Position numbers and translations under genes: made by a program. DNA of 64,000 nt from Elusimicrobiota bacterium (GTDB lineage Bacteria > Elusimicrobiota > Elusimicrobia > UBA1565 > UBA9628). Below are positions 19,201 to 28,200 of this stretch, piece by piece. The notes below the pieces were generated by a model that was given only the letters and a program-made list of their open reading frames with translations, did no database searches and was not told the origin of the DNA. Where the stretch lies: the NCBI GenBank assembly GCA_044450965.1, contig JBIOJO010000012.1:3040-67039 (forward strand), read 5' to 3'. Each line of letters opens with the position of its first letter. The first letter of the stretch is position 1.

Positions 19201-21444
19201 GCCGGCGCCGTCAACGTCTCCTACTACGACTCCGTCGCCGGCCATCTGAAGTTCGCTCGCTTCACCGGCGTCTCCTGGAGCACCCAGACCGTGGACAACA
19301 CCCCGGCGAACACCGGATCTCAGAGCGCCTTGGCCCTCGATGCGACCCAGCAGGCGTATATTTCCTACTATGACGCCACGAATGCGGCCCTCAAATTCGC
19401 CAGCTCCACGGCCGGAGGCGGCTGGAGCCTCCAGACCGTGGACGCCGGAATCTCTCTGAGCAGCGGCAGCGTCATCGCCGTGGACGGCAACGCCAAGGCG
19501 CATATCGCCTACGCCGACATGACCGGCGGCGCCGTGAAGTACGCCAGCATGACCGCCGCCGGCTGGTCCGTGCGCGTCGTGGAGCCCGGAGCCAATCTGG
19601 GCGGCATGCGCGTCAGCCTGGCGCTGGACGGGGCGGGCGCGGCGAACATCTCCTACGGCGACCGCACGGCGGCGAGCCTCAAGTTCGCGCAGTGGACCGG
19701 GACCGCCTTCAGCACTCAGACCGTGGACTCGGCCGCCGATGAAGGCCTGGAGAGCTCCCTGTCGCTGGACGCCGCGGGGAACGTCCATATCGCCTACCGC
19801 GATTCGACCGACAAGGCCTTCAAGGCCGCGCACTGGACGGGGGCCGGCCTGCCGGGCGCGTTCGGCGGAAACGCCCGCGGCCGGGCCCAGGCCGCGTCCG
19901 CGATGTCGGGCGCCGCGCTCTCGGTCACCAGCATCCAGTGGAGCTGGAACGACAACGCCAACAACGAGCTGGGCTTCCGGCTTTACGGCTCCCTCGTCTC
20001 GACCGGGCCGTTCGTCCTGGTGGCGGACACCGGGACCATCGCGGCGTCGCCGGGCGTGGGCGGCGTCCGGAGCTACACGGAGACGGGCCTGACGTCGGGC
20101 ACCACCTATTACCGCTACGCGGTGGCCGTCGGCACCGGCGGCTTCGCCGCCTCCGGCGTGGCCGCCGCGTTCCCGGCCAACGTTTCGGACACCACCCCGC
20201 CGACGATCGTCAACAACCAGACCGGCGACGCCGTCCTGCGCCGCCAGAACACGGGCACCTACAACGTCAACTTCTTCGACAGCGGCGGCTCGCACCTGTC
20301 GTCTTTCGCGGTCAAGGCTTCGACCATGCCCGGCGGCGTCGGGCCGGACCTGATCGCCTACACGACGGTCGTTTCCGGCCTCAGTTCGGACTCGTACACG
20401 GCGCCGTGGCCCCTGCCCGCGGCCGTCTTCAACGCCCTGCAGGGCGGCGTGACCAATTACATCACCATCAAGGTGGTGGACGGCGCCGGCAACGCGACGA
20501 TCGGCACCGACCTGTTCTACGTCCAGCGCGACACCTCCGTTCCCAGCATCTCCGGCCACGTCGTCGAGGTCTCCAGCGTCGGCATCACGGCCGTCGAGGT
20601 GGACTGCTTCGACGCTTCCGGCGCCCTGCAGGCCACCGCGTTCACCCAGGCCGACGGCAGCGGAACCTACGTGGCCAGCGGCATGCCCCTGGGCACCTAC
20701 CGGGTTCAGGCGACGTGGACGGTCAACGGCGTGGGCAACTCGGTGTCCATCGACAGCATTCCCGTGGACACGACCAGCCTGGACTTCACGCTTCAGCTGA
20801 ATTACAACCTGGCCGCGGTCCAGGGCAGCCTGCAGACGCTCTCGACCAATCCCAGCGGGCCGTCGCTGCTGAGCGTGGGGACCCGCGCGGCGTTCTTCGA
20901 TCCGAAGACCGTGCCCAACCCGACTCTGGCCCGCGTGGAGCTGTACCAGAACAACCGCCAGGTCGGCATGGTCCTGGTCCCGCCCAGCGGTCATTGGATC
21001 ATCCCCAACCTTCTGCCCGGAAAGTACTCCCTGCGCGCCTACAACGGGCTGGACTACACCGAATTCCAGGAGGTGGAGCTGATCGACGGCGAGGTCAAGA
21101 CCATCGGCTTCCTCAGCAGCCCCCTGCCCGACACGCAGGTCTTCGCGTTCCCGAACCCGGCGCGCCGCGCGACCTCGTTCCGGTTCCAGTCGGCGCTGCT
21201 GCCGCTGGACGCGCAGATCCGCGTCTTCGACATCGCCGGCAATCTGGTCAAGGAGCTGACCACCGCGGCGGGGGAGATCGTCATGGCGCCCGGCTCCGGC
21301 GCGGGCGTGTATCACGGCGATTGGGACCTGACCAACTCCCGCGGCCAGGGCGTGGCGTCCGGCGTGTACATCTTCTCGGTCAAGGTCAGCGGCGGCAACA
21401 ACCAGTCGGCTTTGGTCACGAAAAAATTGGCGGTGGTGAAATAG
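16219..21444 (+). CDS. giant secreted Kelch-repeat / Fn3 / beta-propeller-repeat protein with T9SS-type C-terminal sorting domain
   Basis: Signal peptide LIVLAALAGALAAPCVWA. About six Kelch-like blades (GGRLYVSGG, GRLYVAGGSNG, GRLVVTGGQNG, TIYIAGGASG, GKLYVTGGNDG, TLYVSGGSNG). Fn3-like modules (TTYFGRVSARN, SYYLRVQARN). Eight repeats ending ...LKFA/VKYA... consistent with a second propeller. C-terminal AFPNPARRATSFRF...IRVFDIAGNLVKEL...GVYIFSVKV sorting domain. The ORF opens at a GTG at 16210; ATG 16219 is preferred. Confidence 0.8.
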   Translation: MKSSKQLIVLAALAGALAAPCVWAAGPKTSTNSVIVDDLLTGAAGTVHATTVGGSELDGSVGQVSEIVELSAGATVEAGYFAALVSTPNSPSYLQVNGSSVALQWLDAIPANPSGTAYALDFSTSPVFGGILVSTNAYGLSGIVTGLTGNTTYFGRISAAYSESDNSTPVGLGQTVTQALAPSFGAFSDVAPFTLKTAWDSLGNNVGDLNPAWTTLTSTLPAVRQGQAMVYYGGRLYVSGGADPAAQSTVYTAPVLADGTVGAWTTTTPLPGIRESHAMAAWAGRLYVAGGSNGSAQSTVWWAPIRSDGSLGDWNTATPLPSARTQLAMTASAGRLVVTGGQNGISAQSTVYSAALNDDGTIGAWAAAPSLPTSVSGHAMAVSSNTIYIAGGASGVVLNTVWWAPLTAGVPGAWTATTQLPTTLTRHGMAALNGKLYVTGGNDGATVQNATYVGQINPDQTIAGWTSEGAALPALYLHAMAASMDTLYVSGGSNGTNPVNKILNVSLTGTQSLAELAASVGFAPILASSTWRAGTNFDFSGLTPNTTYFGRVSARNYAGVQTALLPLGSTITLAAVPTTAVSTFTDVEIGSVTFQWTAGGNPAGTEFNAQASTASDFSGTLLTGSWLTSTTTGFSSLSPNTSYYLRVQARNAAHVVSPFAAVGSTYTLAVPPAGTLITASNASGLTLTWGPAANPAGTLFEAQVSSMTTFIPLLQSSVAVSLSATFSGLISASTFYARVRALNGNGVPSGFDVTASTATGLDSVAPGIATGTFAYPGAAADTLVAAWVVPGDNAYSGTLFAGTQFLIQWSTSDPAGVAWSTASAQVSLSTGPINPGSLATVAVSALPDRKQVFFREWTRDLAGNYSVPSATFSAITTPFTYEFLAGGGGFDAGTFPSLATDRAGNLQAAYRGTTGTQELQYVKRTAGAWGGPVTVDPGTVVTNPVLALDSSDNPVIAYFDSSATQLKVARFSGSWTISVIEAGNFVPGGAVVDAAGAVNVSYYDSVAGHLKFARFTGVSWSTQTVDNTPANTGSQSALALDATQQAYISYYDATNAALKFASSTAGGGWSLQTVDAGISLSSGSVIAVDGNAKAHIAYADMTGGAVKYASMTAAGWSVRVVEPGANLGGMRVSLALDGAGAANISYGDRTAASLKFAQWTGTAFSTQTVDSAADEGLESSLSLDAAGNVHIAYRDSTDKAFKAAHWTGAGLPGAFGGNARGRAQAASAMSGAALSVTSIQWSWNDNANNELGFRLYGSLVSTGPFVLVADTGTIAASPGVGGVRSYTETGLTSGTTYYRYAVAVGTGGFAASGVAAAFPANVSDTTPPTIVNNQTGDAVLRRQNTGTYNVNFFDSGGSHLSSFAVKASTMPGGVGPDLIAYTTVVSGLSSDSYTAPWPLPAAVFNALQGGVTNYITIKVVDGAGNATIGTDLFYVQRDTSVPSISGHVVEVSSVGITAVEVDCFDASGALQATAFTQADGSGTYVASGMPLGTYRVQATWTVNGVGNSVSIDSIPVDTTSLDFTLQLNYNLAAVQGSLQTLSTNPSGPSLLSVGTRAAFFDPKTVPNPTLARVELYQNNRQVGMVLVPPSGHWIIPNLLPGKYSLRAYNGLDYTEFQEVELIDGEVKTIGFLSSPLPDTQVFAFPNPARRATSFRFQSALLPLDAQIRVFDIAGNLVKELTTAAGEIVMAPGSGAGVYHGDWDLTNSRGQGVASGVYIFSVKVSGGNNQSALVTKKLAVVK

Positions 21445-21445
21445 C

Positions 21446-23224
21446 ATGAGAATCCTGATGGCGGCGGCGCTGGCGGCGCTCCTGGCTCCCGCGGCGGGGG
21501 CGGGCCTGCTGAGTCCCGGAAGCGTGGCGGTTCTGGACGCCAACTCCGCGCCCCGGACCACTTTTTCCAACAACGAGCGCATCACCTTCCAGCAGCGGGT
21601 CTTCAACGGCGTGGCCAGCCCCAACCGCGTCTCGTTCACCTTCATCGTGCTGTCGCCGTCGGGCGCCAACGTGTTCCAGATCGCCGGCAACGCGGTGCCC
21701 GGCTCCGTGGGCAACGCCGCGACCCAGCTCTCCGGCTTCCCGATCGCCAAGTTCTACACCGGCCCCGGGACCTACACGCTCCAGGCGCTGGCGTCCCTGG
21801 ACGGGCAGGTCGTCTCCCAGCAGGCCACCTTCATCATCTCTTCGCCCAACATCCTGCTGCTGTATCCGCCCAACGGCGCGCAGAACGTGGCCGACGTCCC
21901 GCTCACGTTCCGCTGGGTCTCCAGCGGCGGCTCCACCTACCGCCTCACGGTCGGGGACAACCCGTCCTTCTTCAACGCGCTGTTCGCCCAGCAGACGGGC
22001 GGCGCCGAGACCTTCCTCAGCTACCCGCTCCACCCGTCCGATCAGCGCCTGATCCTGTCCGCCGGCCAGATCTATTACTGGAAAGTCGAGGCGCTGGACG
22101 GCAACGGCCAGGTGGTGGGCGCCAGCAGCGTGCCGAACTCCTTCACGGTGCAGACCGCGGCTTTGGGCCGGGACATGGCGGTGACCGACCTTTCCGTGCA
22201 GGGCGGGCAGGACCTCCAGGGCAACATCCCGTTCAAGGTCACCGTCGCCAATCAGGGCGGCACCGCGCAGGCCAACGTTCCCCTGCGCTTCAGCGTCGGA
22301 GGCCTGGCCGCGGTGGGGACTCCCGTGAGCATGGCCATGATCGGACCGGGGGAGACGCGCGACTACGCCTTCTCGGCGCCGCTGCCGCCCGGCCAGACGC
22401 AGAGCCTGGGGATCGCCTGCGTCGACTTCTCCGACGACAACCTGACCAACAACTGCAAGACGCTGCAGATCACCCAGGCCTCCGCCTCCGGGGGAACGAC
22501 GAATTTCACCACCAACGTTTCCGCCGATCAGGTCTGGCAGCAGATCCAGGATCTGCTGCGCCAGCAGGGCATGGACCTCAGCGAGTACAACCTGGTCGGC
22601 ATGGAGGGCCAGCTCAGCGCGGACGACCTGAAGTCGCTGCTGGCGTCCCTGCGCACCGGCGCCGCGGACGTCTCCCTCAGCGGCCCGACCTTGGGCGGCG
22701 GCGCGGCGGCGATCGTTCCGGCCGTCAGCACGGCCTCCTTCAACGCGCCCGCGAGCGCGCCCCGGCAGGACGTCGCTCCCGCGGCGCCCAACGGCGTGGT
22801 CGCCGACGAGGAAGAGACGGCGCCTCTGGGCTCCGAGTGGGAGGGCTTCTCCGCGCCGATGTCGTCGCGCCCCTCGGGGCAGGTGATCTCCGACGAGAAG
22901 ACCTGGAAGAAGATCTGGCGCCTGGTGCAGACCGGCCGCGTGCCGAAGGTGAACTTCAACGAGCACATCGTCGTCGCGGTCTTCGCCGGAAAGGGCGAGA
23001 AGGCCGACCACGCCGAGATCCAGGCCGTGGAGATGAGCCTGTCCGGGCTGGTGGTCCGCTACCAGTTCGTCCGCTACGCGACGTTCAACGTGAACTCGTC
23101 GCCCCGCGCCGCGGTTCCCTACCGGATGCGCGTGGTTCCGCGCACGACCGTTCCCGTGCAGTTCGATCTTGTCGAGGAAAAAGAAGACGTTCCGGCAAAA
23201 CCCAAGTCGCAGGAGAGGAAATAA
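21446..23224 (+). CDS. secreted protein with CARDB-like repeats and C-terminal PrcB-like domain
   Basis: Signal peptide MRILMAAALAALLAPAAGAG. C-terminal KTWKKIWRLVQTGRVPKVNFNEHIVVAVFAG resembles the PrcB C-terminal domain. The start is 2 nt after the upstream stop. Confidence 0.6.
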   Translation: MRILMAAALAALLAPAAGAGLLSPGSVAVLDANSAPRTTFSNNERITFQQRVFNGVASPNRVSFTFIVLSPSGANVFQIAGNAVPGSVGNAATQLSGFPIAKFYTGPGTYTLQALASLDGQVVSQQATFIISSPNILLLYPPNGAQNVADVPLTFRWVSSGGSTYRLTVGDNPSFFNALFAQQTGGAETFLSYPLHPSDQRLILSAGQIYYWKVEALDGNGQVVGASSVPNSFTVQTAALGRDMAVTDLSVQGGQDLQGNIPFKVTVANQGGTAQANVPLRFSVGGLAAVGTPVSMAMIGPGETRDYAFSAPLPPGQTQSLGIACVDFSDDNLTNNCKTLQITQASASGGTTNFTTNVSADQVWQQIQDLLRQQGMDLSEYNLVGMEGQLSADDLKSLLASLRTGAADVSLSGPTLGGGAAAIVPAVSTASFNAPASAPRQDVAPAAPNGVVADEEETAPLGSEWEGFSAPMSSRPSGQVISDEKTWKKIWRLVQTGRVPKVNFNEHIVVAVFAGKGEKADHAEIQAVEMSLSGLVVRYQFVRYATFNVNSSPRAAVPYRMRVVPRTTVPVQFDLVEEKEDVPAKPKSQERK

Positions 23225-23940
23225 TGCTCAAACGCATCGGTCGGCTGGCGGCGTTGGCGTTGCTGTCGTGCCTTGTCGTCGCGCCCGCGCGCGCGGCCGG
23301 AGAGGTCGTGGCCGGAGTCGTCATCGTGCTGAAGGGAGCGCCCGGCATCAAGCGGCGCGGCGCGTCCGCCGTGAAGCCCTTGAAGATGAGCCAGTACGTC
23401 AACGAGGGCGACGAGCTCACCACCAAGGCGGGGGAGTTCGCCTCGATCGCCTTCATCGGCGGCGCGGAAGTCCGCATCAGCGAGTCGTCGACGTTCGTGG
23501 TCGAGGCGGGCGGGGGGACCAAGCCCACCCAGCTCTTCACCACGATCGGCAAGGCGTGGACGCGGCTGCTCCAGGGCCACTCCGGCATCAACATCCGCAC
23601 GCCCACCGCGGTGGCGGCCGTGCGCGGCACCGAGGCCGACGTGGAGTCCGGCGACCACACGACCGTCAAGGTCTACGAAGGCTTCGTGGACGTGTACAAC
23701 GACCACGGCAAGCAGGCCCTGACCGCCGGCCAGATGACGCACGTGGCCAGCGCCCAGGCCGCCCCCGAGCCGCCGAAGACGATGACGGCGGCGGACGTGC
23801 AGCACTGGCAGGACGCGCTCAAAGGAAAAGACGTGGAGAAGCAGATCCAGCGCCTGCAGAAGGAAGCCGACCGGCGCCGCAGCCTGGAGCTCAAGACGAA
23901 GGACGGCAAGAAGATCAAGATCAACCTTGAGAAAAAATGA
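23224..23940 (+). CDS. secreted FecR-domain protein
   Basis: Signal peptide LAALALLSCLVVAPARAAG. FecR-like beta-rich region (GDELTTKAGEFASIAFIGGAEVRISESSTFVV...IRTPTAVAAVRGTEADV). Lys-rich C-terminal tail. Confidence 0.65.
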   Translation: MLKRIGRLAALALLSCLVVAPARAAGEVVAGVVIVLKGAPGIKRRGASAVKPLKMSQYVNEGDELTTKAGEFASIAFIGGAEVRISESSTFVVEAGGGTKPTQLFTTIGKAWTRLLQGHSGINIRTPTAVAAVRGTEADVESGDHTTVKVYEGFVDVYNDHGKQALTAGQMTHVASAQAAPEPPKTMTAADVQHWQDALKGKDVEKQIQRLQKEADRRRSLELKTKDGKKIKINLEKK

Positions 23941-23962
23941 CCGCCGCGAACCGGACTGAACG

Positions 23963-25894
23963 GTGATCATTCGCTCTCGCCGCATCGCGGCGCTCGCCGC
24001 GCTGCTGTGCGCTTACGCGGCCCTCCGGCCGACGTACGCCGCCGCATCGGATCAGGCCAGCCTGCAGTTCACGGTGCCGGCTCCTGATCCGGTGCAGGCG
24101 GGCGAGACGCTGTCCATCCAGGCCCTGGCCGTCAACACCGGCTCGAGCCAATGGGCGGCGGGCAGCTATTACTGGGTGGCGGAAGTCTACGACGTCGAGT
24201 ACCGCTTCCTGACGCGCACCGAGCAGATCTCGCCCACGGACAACGTGCCGCCGGGCGGGGTGGCCGCCATCACTCTGCCGTTCTCCGTTCCGGCCACCGC
24301 GACGGGACGGCGCTTCTACCGCGTGTACCTGGTGAAAGACAACCGCCAGCTCCTGGAATCCGACTACAAGGCGTTCCAGATCCTGGAAAAGGCCATCCCG
24401 CCGCCGCCGGAGTCCGTGGACTACCGCGTGGAAGGAAACGTGACCGTCAGCCTGAAGGATTCCAGCATCGGCAAGTGGCGCCAGGTCAACGGCTCGACCG
24501 CGGTCAACATGGTGGGCAAGCTCAAGGACGCGTCGTACCTGCTCAACGCCAACCTGATCCACGCCCCCGGAAAGGTGGTCGACCCGTACAGCATCCTTTT
24601 CAGCTACTACGCTCCTTGGGGCCGCATCTACGCCGGCGACATCGCCCCGACGTATTCCCAGCTGTCGGTGAACGGCCTGGGCCTGCGCGGATTGATGCTG
24701 GAGCAGAACAAGGGCATCTTCGATTGGTCCGTCCTGGGCGGGCAAAGCGTCACGTCCCAGGCGGGGACGGCCGCGATCAACGGCCGCTTCGCGCGCTCGA
24801 TCTACGCGGGCCGCTTCGGCGTTTCGCTGCCGGCCAACGTCAAGGCCGGCGTCAACGCCTTCCAGAGCGCCGACGAGGTCGGGTCGCTGAGCAGCGACCC
24901 GAAGTCCAACAACTTCCGCGGACCGGCGCTGGCCGCGCAGAAGAACTCGGGCATGGGCCTGAACCTGTCCTGGGCGCCCGGGGCGGGCGTGACCGTCCTG
25001 GCGGACTACCAGAAGAACACCTACACGCCGGACACGACTTTGCCGGCCGTCTCGGACACGGCCCGGCGCCTGGAGCTCCGCTGGGACACGCGGATGACCA
25101 AGCTGAAGGTCTATACGCAGCGCACGGGCGCGCACTTCATCGCCTTCGGCGCGCCGTCCGTCATCGGCGACCGCAACACCATGGACGCCAGCCTGGGCTT
25201 CTTCCCGGCGTCGTGGTACACCCTGAACCTTTCCGGCGACCAGTACACGGACAACCTGGCCAACGACCCGAACAAGCTCACGACCACGCAGCGGATCCTG
25301 AACGTCGGCAACGCGTTCCACCTGCCGACGGGAACGGATTTCAACCTGGGGGGTTCTTTGAACACGGCCAAGGGCAAGCAGGCCTCGGCCCTGGACAACA
25401 AGACCGTCACGGAAAGCGTCGGGCTGACTCAGGCGATCAAGAAGCACACCGTGTCCCTGAACATCCAGAACTCCCAGTTCCGCGATCTCAACAAGCTGTC
25501 CCACGACCTGGACACGCAGACCTTGGGCTTGAACACGAACCTGTCGCTGCCGCACAACTCGATCGGCTCCTTCGGCGTGACGACGACGCAGGCCAGCGAC
25601 AAGATCGACGGCAGCAAGCGCAAGAGCCAGTCCACCTCGGCCAGCTATTCACGTCCGCTGTGGCCCTCGTGGACCGGACAGTTCTTCGGCTCCCTGACCG
25701 CCACCAAGAACACGTCCCCGCTGTTCCCGTCCGACTCGTCGACGCTCTCGCTCAATTCCGAGCTGACCTGGACGGTCGAGAAGCAGATCAACGTGGCGTT
25801 CGGCGTGGGCTACAACAAGACGCAGGACAAGCTGTCCAGCGCCAACAGCACGAAGGAGATCGTCCTCTCCACGCGCTACTCGTACTCCTTTTAG
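23963..25894 (+). CDS. large outer-membrane beta-barrel protein (hypothetical)
   Basis: Signal peptide, alternating amphipathic beta-strand composition, Gly/Asn/Ser/Thr-rich, C-terminal ...YSYSF (aromatic terminal residue typical of OMPs). GTG start. Confidence 0.55.
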   Translation: MIIRSRRIAALAALLCAYAALRPTYAAASDQASLQFTVPAPDPVQAGETLSIQALAVNTGSSQWAAGSYYWVAEVYDVEYRFLTRTEQISPTDNVPPGGVAAITLPFSVPATATGRRFYRVYLVKDNRQLLESDYKAFQILEKAIPPPPESVDYRVEGNVTVSLKDSSIGKWRQVNGSTAVNMVGKLKDASYLLNANLIHAPGKVVDPYSILFSYYAPWGRIYAGDIAPTYSQLSVNGLGLRGLMLEQNKGIFDWSVLGGQSVTSQAGTAAINGRFARSIYAGRFGVSLPANVKAGVNAFQSADEVGSLSSDPKSNNFRGPALAAQKNSGMGLNLSWAPGAGVTVLADYQKNTYTPDTTLPAVSDTARRLELRWDTRMTKLKVYTQRTGAHFIAFGAPSVIGDRNTMDASLGFFPASWYTLNLSGDQYTDNLANDPNKLTTTQRILNVGNAFHLPTGTDFNLGGSLNTAKGKQASALDNKTVTESVGLTQAIKKHTVSLNIQNSQFRDLNKLSHDLDTQTLGLNTNLSLPHNSIGSFGVTTTQASDKIDGSKRKSQSTSASYSRPLWPSWTGQFFGSLTATKNTSPLFPSDSSTLSLNSELTWTVEKQINVAFGVGYNKTQDKLSSANSTKEIVLSTRYSYSF

Positions 25895-26817
25895 TTCGCT
25901 TCGGCGGGAGCCGGGCGCGAGGACAGCTTGCGCAGGAACTTCTTGAGCTGCGGATCCTCGGGAGAGAGGGCCAGGGCTTTCTGCCAGGCCTCGCGCGCCT
26001 TCGGGTGCAGGCCGAGAGAGTAGTACGCCGAGCCCAGCCGCTTCAAGGCGACCAGGTCCGCCGGCTCCAAGGCGAGGGCCTCGTTGAGCGTGTCGATCGC
26101 CTGGTGGTAGCGCGCCCCGTACATGTGATCCAGAGCGACGGAGCGCTTGTACTCGAGCAGGGTCATGCCCGGGGTGACCAGGTCGGTGTTGACGAACTCC
26201 GGATGGCGCGACAGGAACCAGTCGAGCAGGCGCTTGATGCGCGTATCGACGGGCTCCAGCTCGCGGGCGTAGCGCAGGCCGTCGTAGGCCAGCTTGTAGT
26301 CCTGGTTCTGGCCGACGGCGGCGTTGACGGAGAGGGTGGTCAGCCTCCAGGCCTTCGATTTGTCCGGAGCCTCCGGCACGATCAGGACGATGTCCTCGAG
26401 CGAGGACTGGAGCGCGGAGGCGAACGGGGTGCGGTTTCCGTTTTCCAGGAGGGTTTCCAACCCGGCCAGCGCCGAACGGTATCGGCCGGTCCTCACGTTG
26501 GCCAGGATCTCGGTCAGGCGCTTCGCGTTCGTCTTCTCGACGTCGTTCTGGACCTCGCGGATCATGTCGCGGGCGGTTTTCTGGTCGGGGTCGAGGCGGA
26601 GGATGTCGTCCCAGACCTGGATGGCCCGGCCGTAGTCGCCCGACTTGTAGAAGGCGAAGGCCTGGTCGTAGTACTTCTGCAGAACGACGGCCTTCGATTC
26701 CTGCGGTGCCTCCGCGGCGCGCGCGCATATCGGATGAACGGAAAGGATCGCCGCGAAGGCACCCAGGCGCAAAAAACGAACGGAGAGAAGGGCAACGGCG
26801 ACGGACTCGCCGTACAC
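25891..26817 (-). CDS. periplasmic TPR-repeat protein (last gene of the stator-rotor-like operon)
   Basis: Probable GTG start at 26817. The 534-aa ORF on the track extends upstream in another frame over the MotB2 gene and is not credible there. TPR motifs (AFAFYKSGDYGRAIQVWDDILRLDPDQ, YYSLGLHPKAREAWQKALALSPEDP). Confidence 0.65.
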   Translation of the reverse strand: MYGESVAVALLSVRFLRLGAFAAILSVHPICARAAEAPQESKAVVLQKYYDQAFAFYKSGDYGRAIQVWDDILRLDPDQKTARDMIREVQNDVEKTNAKRLTEILANVRTGRYRSALAGLETLLENGNRTPFASALQSSLEDIVLIVPEAPDKSKAWRLTTLSVNAAVGQNQDYKLAYDGLRYARELEPVDTRIKRLLDWFLSRHPEFVNTDLVTPGMTLLEYKRSVALDHMYGARYHQAIDTLNEALALEPADLVALKRLGSAYYSLGLHPKAREAWQKALALSPEDPQLKKFLRKLSSRPAPAEAN

Positions 26818-26879
26818 CCCTCCGTCGGTTTTTCGTGCCTTGGTGTCTTTGTGGTTCAATCCGCTGCCGTGGGACAATA

Positions 26880-27524
26880 TTAGCTGTCTTTCTTGACCTC
26901 GCGCACGATGCTGATCTCGATGCGGCGGTTGCGCGCGCGTCCTTCCGGGGTCAGGTTCGTGTCCACGGGACGCATCTCCCCGTAGCCGCGGGCGTCGAAG
27001 CGCTCGGGAGAAAGCCCGCGCTCGACGAAGAATTGGCCGATGGCGAAGGCCCGGGCCGCCGACAGTTCCCAGTTGTTGCGGAGGCGGCTGCGCAGCAGGG
27101 GCTTGTCGTCGGTGTGACCGGAGACGAGGATGGGGTTGGGGATGCCCGCGAACAGCTTGGCCAGCGGCTCCAGGACCTTGCCGGCGTCGGGATTGAGGGT
27201 CGCGGAGCCGGGGGCGAAAAGAACCGGCTCCGGCAGCAGGAGATGGATGTGCCGGGAGGTCACGCGCAGCCCGAAGTCGCGAAGGGCCAGCTGGTCCATC
27301 TGCTGCTTGACGTTGACGGCCAGGTCGGTCTCGTCGGCCCGGACGCGGGCGAAGTCGGAGCCCGCGTCCATCTCCTTCTGCATATGGGCGACGGCGCGCT
27401 GGTACTCGGGGGGCGTCTGCGTGTAGTTGTACGCGAACAGCGCCAGGAAAAGGATCACCATGGTGGACATCAAGTCCGCGTAGGGAACCATCCACAGGCC
27501 GGTGAGATCGTGCTTCTTACTCAT
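26880..27524 (-). CDS. motB: MotB/OmpA-family stator protein, paralog 2
   Basis: Single N-terminal TM with the conserved proton-channel Asp (WMVPYADLMSTMVILFLALF). C-terminal OmpA-like peptidoglycan-binding domain (ILVSGHTDDKPL...NWELSAARA...RNRRIEISIV). Confidence 0.8.
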   Translation of the reverse strand: MSKKHDLTGLWMVPYADLMSTMVILFLALFAYNYTQTPPEYQRAVAHMQKEMDAGSDFARVRADETDLAVNVKQQMDQLALRDFGLRVTSRHIHLLLPEPVLFAPGSATLNPDAGKVLEPLAKLFAGIPNPILVSGHTDDKPLLRSRLRNNWELSAARAFAIGQFFVERGLSPERFDARGYGEMRPVDTNLTPEGRARNRRIEISIVREVKKDS

Positions 27525-28200
27525 CGGCGGCGGCTCCTCCGCGGAGGATGACGATTTCGACGCGGCGGTTGCGGCCGCGGCCGCCGCCTTCGTTGGGCGC
27601 CAGCGGGTGGTAGGGGCCGTAGCCGGCCGCGATCATGCGCGCGGGGGGGACGCCCTCCCGGGTCAGCAGCTCGATGACCGAGGCGGCCCGGGCCACGGAG
27701 AGCTCCCAGTTCGTCTTGTAGGGCCCGGACACGACGGGAACGTCGTCGGTGTGCCCTTCCACCAGCACGTCGTTGGGAATCTGCTTGAGCACCCCCGCCA
27801 GCAGGCTCAGGGTCTTGCCGGCGTCGGCGTTCAGGCCGGCCGAGGCGCTGGGAAACAGCAGTTGGTTGCGCAGGCGCACGCGGATGGTCCGCTCCGTCAC
27901 GTCGATGTCGGCGGAACTCTTCAGCCGCGAGCTCTGCATGAGCCCCAGAAGGGCCTCCGCCGCCTGCTTTTCCTTGAATTCCCGGATCAGCGCGTCGGCC
28001 TTCGCCTGCTGGTTGTCGATGAGCTGGGAGGCCTCGAACGCGCGCAGCCACTCGGCGCGGGTCTTGGGATTCTGCAAAGTGAAGGAATACATGACCAGGA
28101 AGAACAGCATCAGGTTGGTCATCAGGTCGCACAGGACGACCAGCCAAAGCGGGTTCTCCTCCGCTTGCGCGCGCGTCACGCGGTGGAGGAACGGCATCAT
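27517..28200 (-). CDS. motB: MotB/OmpA-family stator protein, paralog 1
   Basis: TM with conserved Asp (LWLVVLCDLMTNLMLFFLVMY). OmpA-like domain (VLVEGHTDDVPV...NWELSVARAASV...RNRRVEIVIL). Overlaps the MotA stop by 4 nt. Confidence 0.85.
   Translation of the reverse strand: MMPFLHRVTRAQAEENPLWLVVLCDLMTNLMLFFLVMYSFTLQNPKTRAEWLRAFEASQLIDNQQAKADALIREFKEKQAAEALLGLMQSSRLKSSADIDVTERTIRVRLRNQLLFPSASAGLNADAGKTLSLLAGVLKQIPNDVLVEGHTDDVPVVSGPYKTNWELSVARAASVIELLTREGVPPARMIAAGYGPYHPLAPNEGGGRGRNRRVEIVILRGGAAADE

Noticed and set aside
25891-27495. 534-aa minus-strand ORF spanning the TPR gene and MotB paralog 2 region
   Set aside because: Only the downstream third (TPR protein) is credible. The upstream part is an alternative frame of the MotB2 gene, whose own frame has the channel Asp and OmpA motifs.
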